A stretch of 64,000 nucleotides of DNA, from contig OZ076409.1 in the NCBI GenBank assembly GCA_964187785.1, forward strand, positions 6,760,001 to 6,824,000. Reading direction: 5' to 3'. The stretch is from Amphiscolops sp. MND2022. Taxonomy: Eukaryota. Each line of letters opens with the position of its first letter. Position 1 is the stretch's first letter. The position numbers and the translations under genes were made by a program. The notes under the pieces were generated by a model. The model was not told where the DNA came from, did no database searches, and saw nothing but the letters and a program-made list of their open reading frames with translations. Positions 36,775 through 49,062 of this stretch are shown piece by piece.

Positions 36775-37134
36775 TTTTTAGTCGGCGCTTTTCGTAGAAA
36801 AACGCAGACTTAAGTAGTGACTTTTTTTAAGACCAACGATCTGACAGATTTTATAAGTTTTATAAGCTGACTTGAACTAACACTAAATGCCACACTACTT
36901 CTACTGGCACTTGAGATAGAGGTTAATTAGGCTTTTTTGAGGTCTCTTTTACATTTTTCGGCACTATGCGACTTATCGGAGACCAAAAAAATTTTGAAAA
37001 TCTTCAAAAAATGTTTTTTTTTCAATTTTTTCCTCATGCGGGTACTGTAGAAGAGAATCCTTGACACTTTGAAGTCCCTTTGCTATTTTTGAGACTTAGA
37101 TATGGCGCCGACTTGGGCCGTTCCCGGCTCGTTT
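36775..37134 (+). mobile_element. HINE-like family A copy
   Basis: Both termini present. Confidence 0.8.
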
Positions 37135-37274
37135 ATCATGACTGTTATCTTTGCAACTTGACGTCCAGCGTGGGTAGTGAATTTTTCGTTGCTCTGGTTC
37201 TGTCGGTTTACTTTGTCGTTTATTTCGTTCTTTTTTGTTAGCAACCCCGATGTGTGTCCATCTTCCCCCTACAG

Positions 37275-37336
37275 GGCCCCAGATTAACGACGACGATCTA
37301 TGTCATCTGAGAGAAGTTTTTTGGGATGAAAACTAG
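37275..37336 (+). CDS. BRD7/9: BRD7/BRD9-like protein, putative terminal exon 6 (GPQINDDDLCHLREVFWDEN*)
   Basis: Pyrimidine-rich acceptor TCTTCCCCCTACAG; phase-1 compatible with exon 5; total CDS 1434 nt, divisible by 3. Confidence 0.5.
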
Positions 37337-37578
37337 TGTTTTGGGGCTTGTGTATAGACTATGGTCTCCTATCCAAGCAACTAAAACAATGTCCCAGCTC
37401 TAGCATGTGCTCCTTTTGTTGGATGTTACAGGTTGTTCGCAAGCGAGGGCGTAGTTCTAAGAAGCCATATAAGCTCTAAGTACGTTAGAGGGAATGGTTG
37501 CATGATGCCCTCAGAATAAGCCGAACCTTGATCACAAGGGCCCTCGGAGCGGGCTCTTACTATTTCAGGGAACTTACC

Positions 37579-37979
37579 AAGGTTGCGGAGGTGTTTTATT
37601 CATGAATAAAACACCAGAAAAAACATAAAACAATAAAAACTTTTTCAGACACCATTACAGTTATTTAAGGTCTAGTTTCTGACTGTTCCATTTGTTTAGT
37701 ACTTTTTACCTTTTTCACATCAGAATATCTCATGTGAAAGATGGTATCTGGAAAATTCAATGGAGTAAATGACTTTGTATGCTTTGTATTCCTTCGTTAA
37801 ATTTTTGTACCACGAAATATTTGGCAACAAATGAAAAACCGTTGTACATAGCACATTGTTTTCCACGGTAGTTTTCCCAAGAGGAAAGAAACAATAAAAT
37901 ACAAAAAACCAGTATTTTTTGTTTGAAAAACCTGTTTAAAAAACATTTTTCGTGAAAAAAAATACAATTAACAACCTTG
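37579..37979. mobile_element. CAAGGTTG-TIR MITE (P/hAT-like), 8-bp TSD GAACTTAC/CAACTTAC
   Basis: Same family as the SPACA9 intron element (opposite orientation) and 41491-41901. Confidence 0.85.
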
Positions 37980-38062
37980 CAACTTACTACCATACTCTAA
38001 CTACAATTTTATTCTGACTTTTTTCAGGTGCATGATCAACAGAGTCGCAATCTTTTGCTTCA

Positions 38063-38348
38063 ATGTCTTATGAAAGCAGTAAAAAGTGGCGCTATGCTTG
38101 CTCCGATGGTTTCAAGGAATTCAAATCAATTATCCCCAACAACATTCGAGTTAAGTCAAAATTACATTGTGTGCAATTGGTCCAATCGTACGTGAACTAT
38201 CTCGAAACTTTGTGTATGGTTCTTGATTATTCAGACAGTCGAAGTTCATTATCATTGCTCAAACGGGACTTCTTCAAGTCGATGGAATTGGAATGTTTCC
38301 ATAGATACAAGCGAAAGCGTGCCAAAAATGCCGGCCCATTAAGTAGAG
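38063..38348 (+). CDS. Divergent bHLH-like protein, coding exon 1
   Basis: KKWRYACSDGFKEFKSIIP...KSKLHCVQLVQSYVNYLE fits helix1-loop-helix2 spacing (F..L...IP / K...L.....Y...L); 5' UTR acceptor at 38027. Confidence 0.6.
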
Positions 38349-38354
38349 GTTGTC

Positions 38355-38732
38355 GGCTCTTTTCTGTTTCGGTCCCCGAACCCTTCACACTAGCCTGATC
38401 AAAAGTAAAACCTTTCATAACGGGAAGTTAACGTCTATTAGAACAGTTTTTTGCTTGAACAAAGCATTTTTCACGCATTTTGACAATAATCATGTTCGTA
38501 TTAAGTGTTTATTGATGACTCAAAACAGGAAGCTGTTCATTTCTTCATCAAAAATGCGTGACTATATAGCGAAAAAGTGTGAACAAAGTTTGTATCTCAA
38601 TCCTAAACTGTCACTCCGAGAATAAATTTTAAATTGAAGCTTTCTGGTTTGTATTCCAGTCTTTTTGTCAGCAGATTTTCATTAATTTTCCAAAAAAAAT
38701 GGTGGTGGGGGAAAAGAAAACAGAAAAGAGCC
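38355..38732. mobile_element. GG-terminal MITE inside the bHLH CDS (candidate Introner), perfect 8-bp TSD AGGTTGTC
   Basis: TIR GGCTCTTTTCTGTTT / AAACAGAAAAGAGCC; TSD at 38347-38354 and 38733-38740. Confidence 0.92.
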
Positions 38733-38734
38733 AG

Positions 38735-38982
38735 GTTGTCTAAATGTGCCTGGAAATGGTGAAATCGATCGAAATGAGAGTGAACAAGGAAATCGGATCG
38801 CTGTCAATGCAGGCCTCCATTTTCGACAGACGAACAGTTTCACAGACACATTTCATGGTGAAGAGAAGGCCGGAATGTGCGATTCTTGGACTTTGCGCAA
38901 TCAGGAATTTCAACCAATTGATGATATGCTCTGGGTAGACTTGGAGAACCATCCTGATATATTCGCTGCCTCAGTTCAATGA
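38735..38982 (+). CDS. Divergent bHLH-like protein, exon 2 (177 aa total)
   Basis: Removing the MITE plus one TSD joins SRG-CLNVPGNGE in frame with ORF 38746-38982. Confidence 0.6.
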
Positions 38983-39084
38983 TTGACTTTGTTTATTGTG
39001 GTTTGATTGATTTTGTTTTGTTTCATTGGTTTGGTTGGGTCAGTTCATTGCTGTCTTTTGTTTTTTTTTTGTTTCTGTCGATCG

Positions 39085-39829
39085 TTTTTAGTCGGCGCTT
39101 TTGAAAAAAGTGCCCGACTCTTACAGTGCGTAGTTTTTTATACGCATAAAGTCCACTTCTTTGTTCATTTGCTAAACAATTTGAACTAACCTACGGACGT
39201 TCAAAACTACTCGAAACGTCAGAAACTCGTCCAAAACAAAACAAAACCGACCTTCAGAACCTTGAAAACAACTAAGGATCCCCGTTTGGCTATCTGGGTG
39301 TTTTCACAGATTTTTTCGGCGTTATGAGACTTTTTCCGAAAACTTTTGGATTGCACCAAAGGGTCCCACCTTCAATTTTGCAAAAATGGATGTTTAAAAA
39401 TTCCAAAGGACCCCCCCTTTAAATTTTTTTTTGGCACTGTGACACTGTTCAAGAATTCCATTTTTTCGAAAATTTTTCAATGTTTCCAAATTGCCCCTTC
39501 AATTTTTTCAATATTTTGCAACAACTGGGATTCTCAAAAAACCCTTTTACAATTTTTGACGTTGAGATTTTCCAAAATGATAATTTTTCGACGTCCGGCA
39601 TTTTCCGAAAGAAAAAATTCCGAATTTTTCAAAATGTTTTTTATTCAAGTTCGGGGAAAATTGGTTTCCGAGTCTTACCGAGCATGAAAGGCATTCTTTG
39701 GGTGTCTCGAAAGTGTCTGCGACATTCTTTTCTGAGATTTTCATGAAAACGTCCTTGGCATATGTTTAGAACTTCGCACTTTTTTTGAGCCTTAGATATT
39801 GCGCCGACTTCAGACGTTCCCGTCTTGTT
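39085..39829 (+). mobile_element. HINE-like family A copy
   Basis: TTTTAGTCGGCGC...GCGCCGACTTCAGACGTTCCCGTCTTGTT. Confidence 0.8.
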
Positions 39830-41490
39830 CGGTTTGGTAGTGTGAAATAACCGTGAAGTCTTCGTTTAAACTTCCAGTCATGATGCCAGCCTATAGTTGG
39901 CTCGGAATGATCAACTCAACCCGAGAGTTAGCAAACTAAGTAAAAGGTTGACATTGAGATGAATCATTTGGACGAAAGGCGAGTCTTGACTAAGTGATTA
40001 TGATCTTACACACTAGTTCTGAGCAAGTTGGGAACGGTAAAAGTCGGCGCCCCAAGTGTTTGAATTATTCAAGGGAAAACGCTGCGAAGCATCAAAAAAC
40101 ACAAACTTTTAAAGATTTTTTCGAAAAATTTGTCTTTCAAAAGAAACGTAAGTTACATAGTGCCAAAAAACAAAAGGACACCATTAGAGCTCGCAAAATG
40201 TTTTTTCCAACCCAAAAACATTTCAAATAGTTAAGGGGGCACTCTTTGATCGAATGTCATTTTTTGTAGGAAGTAGCACAGTGCGAAAGAAACCCAGAGT
40301 AGTTTGAACTTTGTGAACATTTCGCATAGTTGAATTTAACTGAACAGAGGTTAGACGACAGTTTAAACCTCTGAATTAAAAGAACTTCAAAATTTTTCTT
40401 GTATAGTTCTCGAAAAAAACTGAGCCAACAGTTTTTTTAATAGGTGTAAGTGGCGGAACCTCTTGAGTTGTGAATTGTAGAGGATACATGATTTTTTGCT
40501 TTTTTAATACCCGAACTTACACGGTACACGATTTTTTGAAATGTACAGGAAAAATACACGAAATTACACGATAATTAAATTGAGCGTATGAATTTAGGAC
40601 GCAGAAAATGTGCCAGTAGTGTTCAAAAAATTGATCCTTGAAATTTTAGCCATTCCAGCAAGCTCAGGAGCAGCAAAAGGCTATTTTCTCAATGTAACAT
40701 ACGATGCGCAATTAGAAGAAATCGGATGTCGCTAAAAAACTCCGCAGTTTTTTTTTCAGAAAAGAAACACAATTATACACAAAAATACACGATTTTTTAA
40801 AATACACGTACACGTAACGGTTTTTGCAAATACACGATACACGAAAAACTCGATACATAATTCACTGCTCTTAAGTACGTATGCACTAAAACAGATATTG
40901 AATAATAGTTTTCATTTAAATAGTTTTCTGTTCTTTTCATAACACGGCTTTAGGCTATGTTTAATTGAACTCGTCAAATAACTCAGGCGCAATGGCATGT
41001 GGAGCTGAGTTTTGACATCACTAATTTTTTTCACTCATTTCAAAATTGCTTTTTCGCTGAAAAACTTTTTTCAAGCCAGTAAATGTTTGAACTCAAGATT
41101 GTTCCGAAATCCAATGATAACTTCGATTTTTGCCAGAAAAACTAAAATTTCTAATACTGTGGGTTGTACGAGTGTAAGAGTTGGAATTTTGCGGAATTCA
41201 TTTTAAAACTGGGTGTATTTTCCGAGGACATTTTGAATTTGAACAACCTATTAGTTGCCACTAATTTGAATCGCTGAAAAAATTATGTGTGTCCTCTAAT
41301 TCGCTAAATTGCTGATTAGAGGTGTCAAACCTCTGATGTTGAGGTTCCAGTTTTTTTCACGTAATTCAGCTTTGTTCTTCGGACAAGCTTTCGCAAGCTG
41401 AGAATTGTAGTAGCGTTGAATGAAGCGGTGACGGATACCTTCTAGGAGAGAGAAGTCTTTGCTACCGACGTGTATTGAAACGTTTTTTTT

Positions 41491-41901
41491 CAAGGTTGTT
41501 AAGGTGTTTTACTCATGAATAAAACACAAGAAAAAACTTGATTAAAACAATTTAAAAAAACACTGTTTTTTCAGACACTTCTTTTCAGTTGTTTATGGTC
41601 TAGTTTCTGGTTGTTCAATTTGTTTGATACTTTTTGTTCACAGATCAGAACGTCTCGTGGGAATGATGTGGAAAAAATTCAATGAAGTGGACAACTTTCT
41701 TGCTTTCTAGTCCTTTTTCAAATTTTTGTACAATGAAATATAAATTTAAATGCAAATTTAAAACCGCTGCGCATAAGACATTGTTTTCCACGGTAGTTTT
41801 CCCAAGGGAAGAAACAATAAAATCTAAACAAAATAGAGTATTTCGTTAAAAAACCTTCTAAAAACATTTTTCGGGAAAAAAACTATAGTTCACAACCTTT
41901 G
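41491..41901. mobile_element. CAAGGTTG-TIR MITE copy
   Basis: Homologous to 37579-37979; TSD not evident. Confidence 0.75.
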
Positions 41902-42089
41902 CCGTCCTCTTTCGTTTTAGTTCCTTATATGGAGTTGACCATCTAGTTTTCACTGCCAAATCAATCATTCGATTTTATAAGCAATGACGCGATAAGCTAC
42001 ATCAGAACCAAGATAAGTTTTGCTCTTCTACGTAGTTCTGTCCTCTGTCTCAGGCTGCAGAGCGACACGCCGCCAACAAGCAATCGTAG

Positions 42090-42532
42090 CAGAGATTTGA
42101 CTCGCTAATTTTTTTTCGCTAAATGCTAAATAACGCTAATTACATATCGCTAAGCGCTAACTTCGCTAATGGATAGTCGCTAACGCTAATTAAAATCTAT
42201 AATGAAAAGTTTAATTCCTATTATGTTTAAAAAATCGAGCCGAAAAAGAATTCATTACTGTTTACTGTGTAAAAATGTTTAAAACATAATAAAGTACATG
42301 TATATGATAATATATAACAGTTCTTGGGAGGAATCAGTATATGTAGAGACAATTGATAATTTATATGTAATCTTTGGTGCAAAATCTAGCATTGTTATAG
42401 AAAATTTACCAATGGGAAAACGCCATCGTTAAACGGTCGCTAAATAATATGTATTCCGCTAACTAATTTCCGCTAATGTAATCCCTCGCTAACGCTAATG
42501 CGGCGCTATTAGCGATTAGCGTCAAATCTCTG
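42090..42532. mobile_element. hAT-like MITE, TSD AATCGTAG/GATCGTAG
   Basis: TIR CAGAGATTTGAC/GTCAAATCTCTG; CGCTAA subterminal repeats. Confidence 0.85.
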
Positions 42533-42650
42533 GATCGTAGAGTCATCCATCAGTGCTATAGTTCACCAGGGAGGGCTGTCATAAATGCGACAATCCCTCG
42601 GGTGCTTCCCATGAAACCATATAATTTCTGACGATTTTCTAGGTAATCGG

Positions 42651-43313
42651 ATGTCATTTCTGGAGAAGCGAATTGTGAAAGATAAACGAGGATGTCGAAT
42701 TACTGCCGCTGTTCCCGAGGACAAAAGTCCCTTAATGCTGGACGATCCGTTCTGGGTTCCTGACAGCCGAAGTCAGCATTGTAATCATTGTCATGCCAAA
42801 TTCAACACCATTCGAAGACGTCACCACTGTCGCAGATGTGGGCTATGCTTCTGCGACTCTTGCTCAAAGTCGTTTCCTCTCATGCGCATGGGTTTTGTCG
42901 AAGCAGTCTTACAATGCCCCAAGTGTACAAATTTGAGCCGGGCTGAAATGGACTTTTTCAAATTCGCAGTTCCTGCATTAGAAATGGGGTCAGAAGTTTA
43001 TGTGGAGAATTACGATGGCATATTTTTTGCAAGATTGACACCTAACCATCAGAATATCGTTCTAACAGACCCTCAGAATTCCCTGCACACGGAAAAGATT
43101 CCGTTGACGTCAATTTTATCTGTGTGTGAGTCTTGCGCTGGGGATCAGAGGACGCTTGTGGACTTACCAGTGATAGAACTGGAATTCACAGGAAACGTAA
43201 CAGTTTCCAACCGAACAATGAAACTAATCGCGGTTGCTGGGCATCAAAGATTCGTTTCACAGACATGGCTTCGCAACCTGAAAAAGGCAATACTGTTGAT
43301 TCAGCCGACTTAA
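42651..43313 (+). CDS. ZFYVE21: Zinc finger FYVE domain-containing protein 21 (220 aa, intronless CDS)
   Basis: FYVE motifs WVPD and RRHHCRRCG; RMGFVEAVLQC and the C-terminal domain match recalled ZFYVE21 architecture. Confidence 0.88.
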   Translation: MSFLEKRIVKDKRGCRITAAVPEDKSPLMLDDPFWVPDSRSQHCNHCHAKFNTIRRRHHCRRCGLCFCDSCSKSFPLMRMGFVEAVLQCPKCTNLSRAEMDFFKFAVPALEMGSEVYVENYDGIFFARLTPNHQNIVLTDPQNSLHTEKIPLTSILSVCESCAGDQRTLVDLPVIELEFTGNVTVSNRTMKLIAVAGHQRFVSQTWLRNLKKAILLIQPT

Positions 43314-43555
43314 CTAACAGCCGACAATATCAGAATAATCTAATGTAGCTATAGCATCCCAGGCTAGATTAGTTTTCCCAGGGTTCTGACATCACTGCAA
43401 TTAGCGTAAAATTTCAAGAATGCCTATTTTCGACAATTTCTCGGGTTTACAAATTTTTCAGAGGCATGTTCCGTGATACTACCAAAATTTGATATAAGGA
43501 TCTTTGAATGCACGCATCAATTCGCACCTACAATAATCCGGTTTTGAAGTATCGT

Positions 43556-43846
43556 TTTTAGGAGTCGGAAAAAAATTTCGACTACTTGTGCGATCCTACC
43601 TTTTTTCTCCCGACCTCACAATGAAAATCTCAAATTTCTCAAACTGTCCGTTCCATTATTATACACCCAGTTGTTCTACACCCAAAGGTGCTCCTGCGTG
43701 TGTAATGCCATCAAAATCGTGTGACTGGGATCTGAAAACGATAGCCGAAATTGTGCAAAAATGACGAAATGACAATAAAGTATGTAATTTGTTTTTCAAT
43801 ATTTTATCTGTTTCCGACTCCTTTACCGCACATGCGGTTCTGCTTC
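43556..43846 (+). mobile_element. HINE-like family C copy
   Basis: TTTTTAGGAGTCGGAAA...TTTCCGACTCC followed by hairpin ACCGC-ACAT-GCGGT. Confidence 0.72.
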
Positions 43847-46695
43847 TAATTTTTCGGGAAGACGGAACGTGCAGCCAATCGATGCTATCCACACCTATTA
43901 ACAGAAAAGTCAGCCCTGTACACAACACGGGCCGCATCGTTTTTTTTGGTTTCCACCAAATTTTCCAAAAATGTTATAGCAAAAAAAATTAGCTTCCTTA
44001 TTCGCTAAATGGCTTTGTCATTACTCCTGTTTGACCGTGAAAAGTGACGATAATTCTATAAATGATGAAATGAACTTAATCAATTTCACCCTCAGATATA
44101 TATTTTTGTACTTTGTGATTTTGTGAATCATGTATTTATTTCAATTTTATTCGCTACCCAAATGTAAAAAATGTTTTGTCTGGAATAGATCAACATTTAG
44201 AAATAGATAATTGAAGATGAAACCAAAATATGGCTGGTGAGCCTGATAATGTACATTAGAGGTGAAAGAGAAAGAAAATACAGGAATATGGGGATTGCTG
44301 AGCAGAGTCGAATTCTGTAGGATGGAAACTTTTGCAAAATTATCCAGGATCGAATTGTGAAATATTGTTATTACACCATACCTTTAGTGCCCTGAACACA
44401 GGAACGGAACGACGTGCCACCACTGGATCAGCAGCATGTCTTGATGAAGGTCTAATGAGTTCCGAAAATAGCGATTCTAAAAAGCAATAGTCTCATCTTC
44501 GGAAGATCCAATTTTGGGAATAACTTCGTATACGGGCATTTTGTTATATAATAAATCCGAAAACAGTGATAATAATGTTCAAGTTGAAAAAAAACTTCCA
44601 CTCTGATCAGTCGAACCCCGGACTAATCCTGAAACCTAAGACAACCGGGGTAAAGGCTTTTCGTCGAAAAAGGCAATTCATCAGAAAACGAAACTAAGAT
44701 ATCAATTTGGAATGACCCAAGATGAGAAAGATTGACTCTGAATGATAGGATTCCTTGTCTGGGGACTACTGTTTGATCAAACACAAACTCGAAAAAGCGT
44801 AAAATGAAAAAAGTCTCACATTTTTTCGAAAAAACGTCGCACAGTGTTGGAAAAACCGTTGTGTTGTTTTTTTTTGTACGGTTTACCATTTCAGTGCAGA
44901 ATGGGAAAGGATTACTCGTACACCTGCTTCACAGTCTTTATCACCGCAATCAGACACTCACGATAACCACCACATCAATTTGCAAGCTTTTTCCAGCAAA
45001 ATCAAGCCTAGTAGATTCAGGCAAAAGTTTTGGGAACCCGCTAAAATTAATCCTCGAGAAAACGGAGGAAATCTTGACAATGATCCCTGTTTTCAAATAG
45101 TTTCAACAATCAATAAATTACGTTTGAAACGCGCCCGTCGAGCAAAATTTGAAGACAGATATTTGTTTAGGGCTACTTGTTTGAAGCGCAATTGTCATTA
45201 GGCTGGTCGGAGCAGTCATGTTTTCATTTAGGTAGCACGATGTAGAAGATAATTTCAAATTTAACCTAGGAAAGGTTCATCCGAAGATGAGTTTTTTAAA
45301 TTTTTTTTTCACTTGAGTTATGAACAAAAATTACGTAAGAAAGGCCTTGTAGTGAAGTTAATGTTTCAAGTAAGATTGAAGAAGCAAAGTTGGAAAAAGA
45401 CCAGGTTTGTTCAAGGTTCAAAACAAGCAGAATGTTTCCAATAAATAAAAGGACACTGTGGTGGAAATGAAGTGTTTATCCAATCTACAGGGCCGAAAAT
45501 GCGTGAAGAGATTTTCCGAAGCCTTTTTCACTAACAAGAAGCAACGAAAAATTTTCGAAAAATTCTCTTTCGAAAGAGTTTTTCTCTTGAGACAGAAACT
45601 TTTTAGTACAAAACTTGAATGAAAACCCTTCAAGCTCGCAAAACGTATTTCAAAAGCTCAAAACAGTAATAAAGGCGAAGTTGATGTCTTTTGACCAAAT
45701 GAAAGATTTTTTCGAAAAAGAAGTTACACAGTGCAAAAAAAACCTAGGGGATCGCTGTATTAACGCCTGTATTTCCGCGAGAATAAAAAAACTTTTAGTC
45801 CAACGCTTGAAAACGCAAAGAAGTTTAAAATTGGAGCTTTGACATTTTTCGATGCAACATTCGGAACGAAAACAGTGTTTTCAAAACACCTAAATCATGA
45901 ACACGCTAGATACCTAATTGTTTTTGTTGATGAGTTCTGTCGATACCAGTACTCACGTGCACTTTCAAAATACACAGTTCAGATGGGAAGAAGGAGTCCA
46001 GATTTGACAAAAAGGAGAATAGTCAATTACCGACTTATGCAATGTCCAAAAATGGCCAATATTTGATTTTCGTGATCAATACACTTCCCTATTAAATCTC
46101 CCAGAGAAAGCTATAATATGGTGGCAGCCACGTGACCAGATGATAGTTGGCTCGAAAATGTGAATCCAATCAGATTCGCTCGATGTCACAAAGTTCTAAC
46201 TGCACGTTAATGCTTCTTCACTTTTGTTTTATCGGCCAATTGCTGTTTTTTCGAGAAGTTAAGAGCTCACTGAAACCCAACTGTGCTGAGTTGAGAGAAA
46301 TTCAACCGAGAATCCGCGCTAACACATGCCTTTAACAACTACGCAATGGTCTTCAAGAACAGGAAACTTTGGTTCATTTAACTCAACTTCTGATGAAAAA
46401 AATCTATTCCTTCCTATGAAAAAGTATAATAAGTATCTAATAGTTTCGCTGTCTAGCTGATTAGAAATAACTCGGAAACACCGAAAAGAACATCTCAACA
46501 AGAGTTAGAAAAAATTGAATTTTGCTGATTGCATCGACTTGAAGTATGACAAAAACCAGCCGTCAGCTTCTGTATAAACACAGGCGGAGCCGTGCTTCGC
46601 AAACACTTGCGAAGAGAGTTGTGAATTTTTAAAGAGAAAACCAAATCAGCAATATCATACGGAGAACCAGGGATTAAGGAGTCGGATCAATTCAA

Positions 46696-47279
46696 AACAA
46701 ACCGTGAACGGCCCAAGACGGCACCTCTCAAGGTTTGAAAAATCAGATTTTTAAATACGCAAAAGGACATTATTGTTAAAGTTTCATCAATTTTACAGTG
46801 CCAAATTATACCAAAAGGGATACGCATGAGACTCGAAAACCACTTTTTCCACAACTGGAGACAACAAAACTTCTCAAAAAAACTAAAAATTGAAGAAAAA
46901 AGTTTTTCGATTTTTTTTGAAATTTTTTTGAAGTTTGGGATTTTTCGAACATCTATTTTGTTGCAAAATATCAAAAAAAATTGAGGGGGGACCCTTTGAA
47001 GACATTGAAAAAATATGCGACAAAAAGTCTCACAAAGCCGAAATAACATGCACAAAAAAACTTTGGTCAAAGGCGAGACTCGAACCCACGTCCTTCTGCT
47101 TCCCAGACCTCAAAAAAATCCTGATTAACCTCGATGCCCAGTGGCAGTAGAAGTTACTAGTTTAGTGTGACAGTTAGTGGAAGCATATAAAGCTTATAAA
47201 ATCTGTCACTTCGTTGGTCTCAAAAAAAGAAAAGCCAGTGCTATAGTCTGCGTTTTTTACGAAAAGCGCCGACTAAAAA
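46696..47279 (-). mobile_element. HINE-like family A copy
   Basis: Degenerate 3' end AACAAACCGTGAACGGC; 5' end GCGCCGACTAAAA. Confidence 0.75.
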
Positions 47280-47752
47280 TTGGAAGATTTTAGAATTTTT
47301 GACCATTTCAGGGTCATTATGAGTTTTTTGCAAGTAATTAAGAAAAACAAATTGCGTAGGTGATTCTTTCGATGCGGAATTATTTGTTCTTGTTAACCCA
47401 CAAAATCTTTTTAAAATTTTACCAATATTGCTGAAGATCAAAAATTGGAAAATTTCGGAGTTATAGACTACATTTAGGTCACTTTTTTTTGTTATTTTGG
47501 TCACGAAAATAATCCGAAAATCTTATGCTACAAAGATATTGCACGAAGCCAAGTTTATGGAAGGTGATTTTCATGGATTTTCCATATGTAAATATGGGTG
47601 GAAAATAAAAATGGGCAGACCAGAAATGCTAAAGTTAGCATACAGTCGGTTATGGAAGAGGATGGTTTGGCTCAAAGAGCATGTAACAATCTGAAGTGTG
47701 AATGTGAGGAAAGGAAAACTGGACCCAATAATTGGACGTTTCAGCATTGAGA

Positions 47753-48255
47753 AACAAGACGAGAACGTCTAAAGTCGGCGCTATATCTAAGGCTCAAAAA
47801 GCGCAAAACATTTTTTTCGGAAAAAACTTGAAATTTTTGAAAAAAAACTTGAAATTTTCGAAAAAAAAATTTTTAAGGAAAATGTCGCGCAGTGCAGAAA
47901 AAAATCAAAAGGGGGGACCCTTTAGCTTCGGACGGTTTTGTAGATTACGTTAAAAAAGTACAAAATGAAAGGGGGGACCCTTTGGAGACAAAAAATTTTC
48001 GAAAAAAAGTCGCACAGTGCCGAAAAAAAATCGAAAAAATCGAAAGGGGGGACTCTGTAGTCCCGTCCGGTTTTGTAGGTTACCTTGAAAAAGGTTTGCA
48101 CTAAATTTGCCTTGGCCTCTTTGTCGGACTGGGCGCCTTGGGTGGTTTCAGGATTGTTTCTAAAAAGTGGACCGATCAGTGTGAGGCTGAAGAAAAAAAA
48201 GGTCACTGCTATAGTCGGGCATTTTTCCTTAAAAGGAAAACGCGCCGACTAAAAA
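47753..48255 (-). mobile_element. HINE-like family A copy
   Basis: AACAAGACGAGAACGTC...GCGCCGACTAAAA. Confidence 0.8.
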
Positions 48256-48582
48256 GATGTCATTTTTGCTTCAAGTAACATTGATGTGAACAAAAGCTCT
48301 CGAAATGAAGGTTTTCACTCTCCTGAGTAGTACTTCTTGACCCCGCAATACTGATTTTTACTTTCATGTCACTCTTCGAATTGTAGCTACTTTGATATCT
48401 GGACCTATAAACTACTTAATGTAAAACCAGACAGGTAACCTCTTCCATTATACTGGAGCATTAGCGAAACTAAAAAAGTGTCTTTTGAGTGTAATTATTC
48501 TTTTTAATTGTTTTTACTCAGAAGTACATTTAGAAGTTTTCTACAAAAAAATCGAAATCATGGTTATAATTTTCAATATATG

Positions 48583-49062
48583 TTTTTAGTCGGCGCGTTT
48601 TCCTTTTAAGGAAAAATGCCCGACTATAGCAGTGACTTTTTTTTTCTTCAGACTACAATCCTCACACTGATCGGTCCACTTTTTACAATTCTGCGCAGAG
48701 CACCTGAGGCCAAGTAGTCCGCCCAAGGCAAACTTTACTCCAAAGGGTCCCCCTTTCATTTTTTACTTTTTCAAGGAAACAATCAAGGTCCCCCCTTTGG
48801 ATTTTTTTCGGAACGGTGCGACTTTTTTTCGAAAATTTTTTAATGTCCCCAAAGGGCCCCCCTTTTGAGTTTTTTGATATTTTGCAACGGAATGTTTGTT
48901 AATAAATCCAGAAGGGTCCCCCCTTTTACATTTTTCGGCACTATGCGACTTCTTTTGAAAGAAAAATTTTTTTTCAAAAATTTCAATTTTTTTCCAAAAA
49001 AAGTGTTTTACGCTTTTTGAGCCTTAGATATGGCGCCGACTTTAGACGTTCTCGTCTTGTTT
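48583..49062 (+). mobile_element. HINE-like family A copy
   Basis: TTTTAGTCGGCGCG...GACGTTCTCGTCTTGTT. Confidence 0.8.

Noticed and set aside
42082..42540. MITE upstream of ZFYVE21 as another Introner
   Set aside because: The TSD ends in AG but no donor falls in the required register, and it is outside the CDS.
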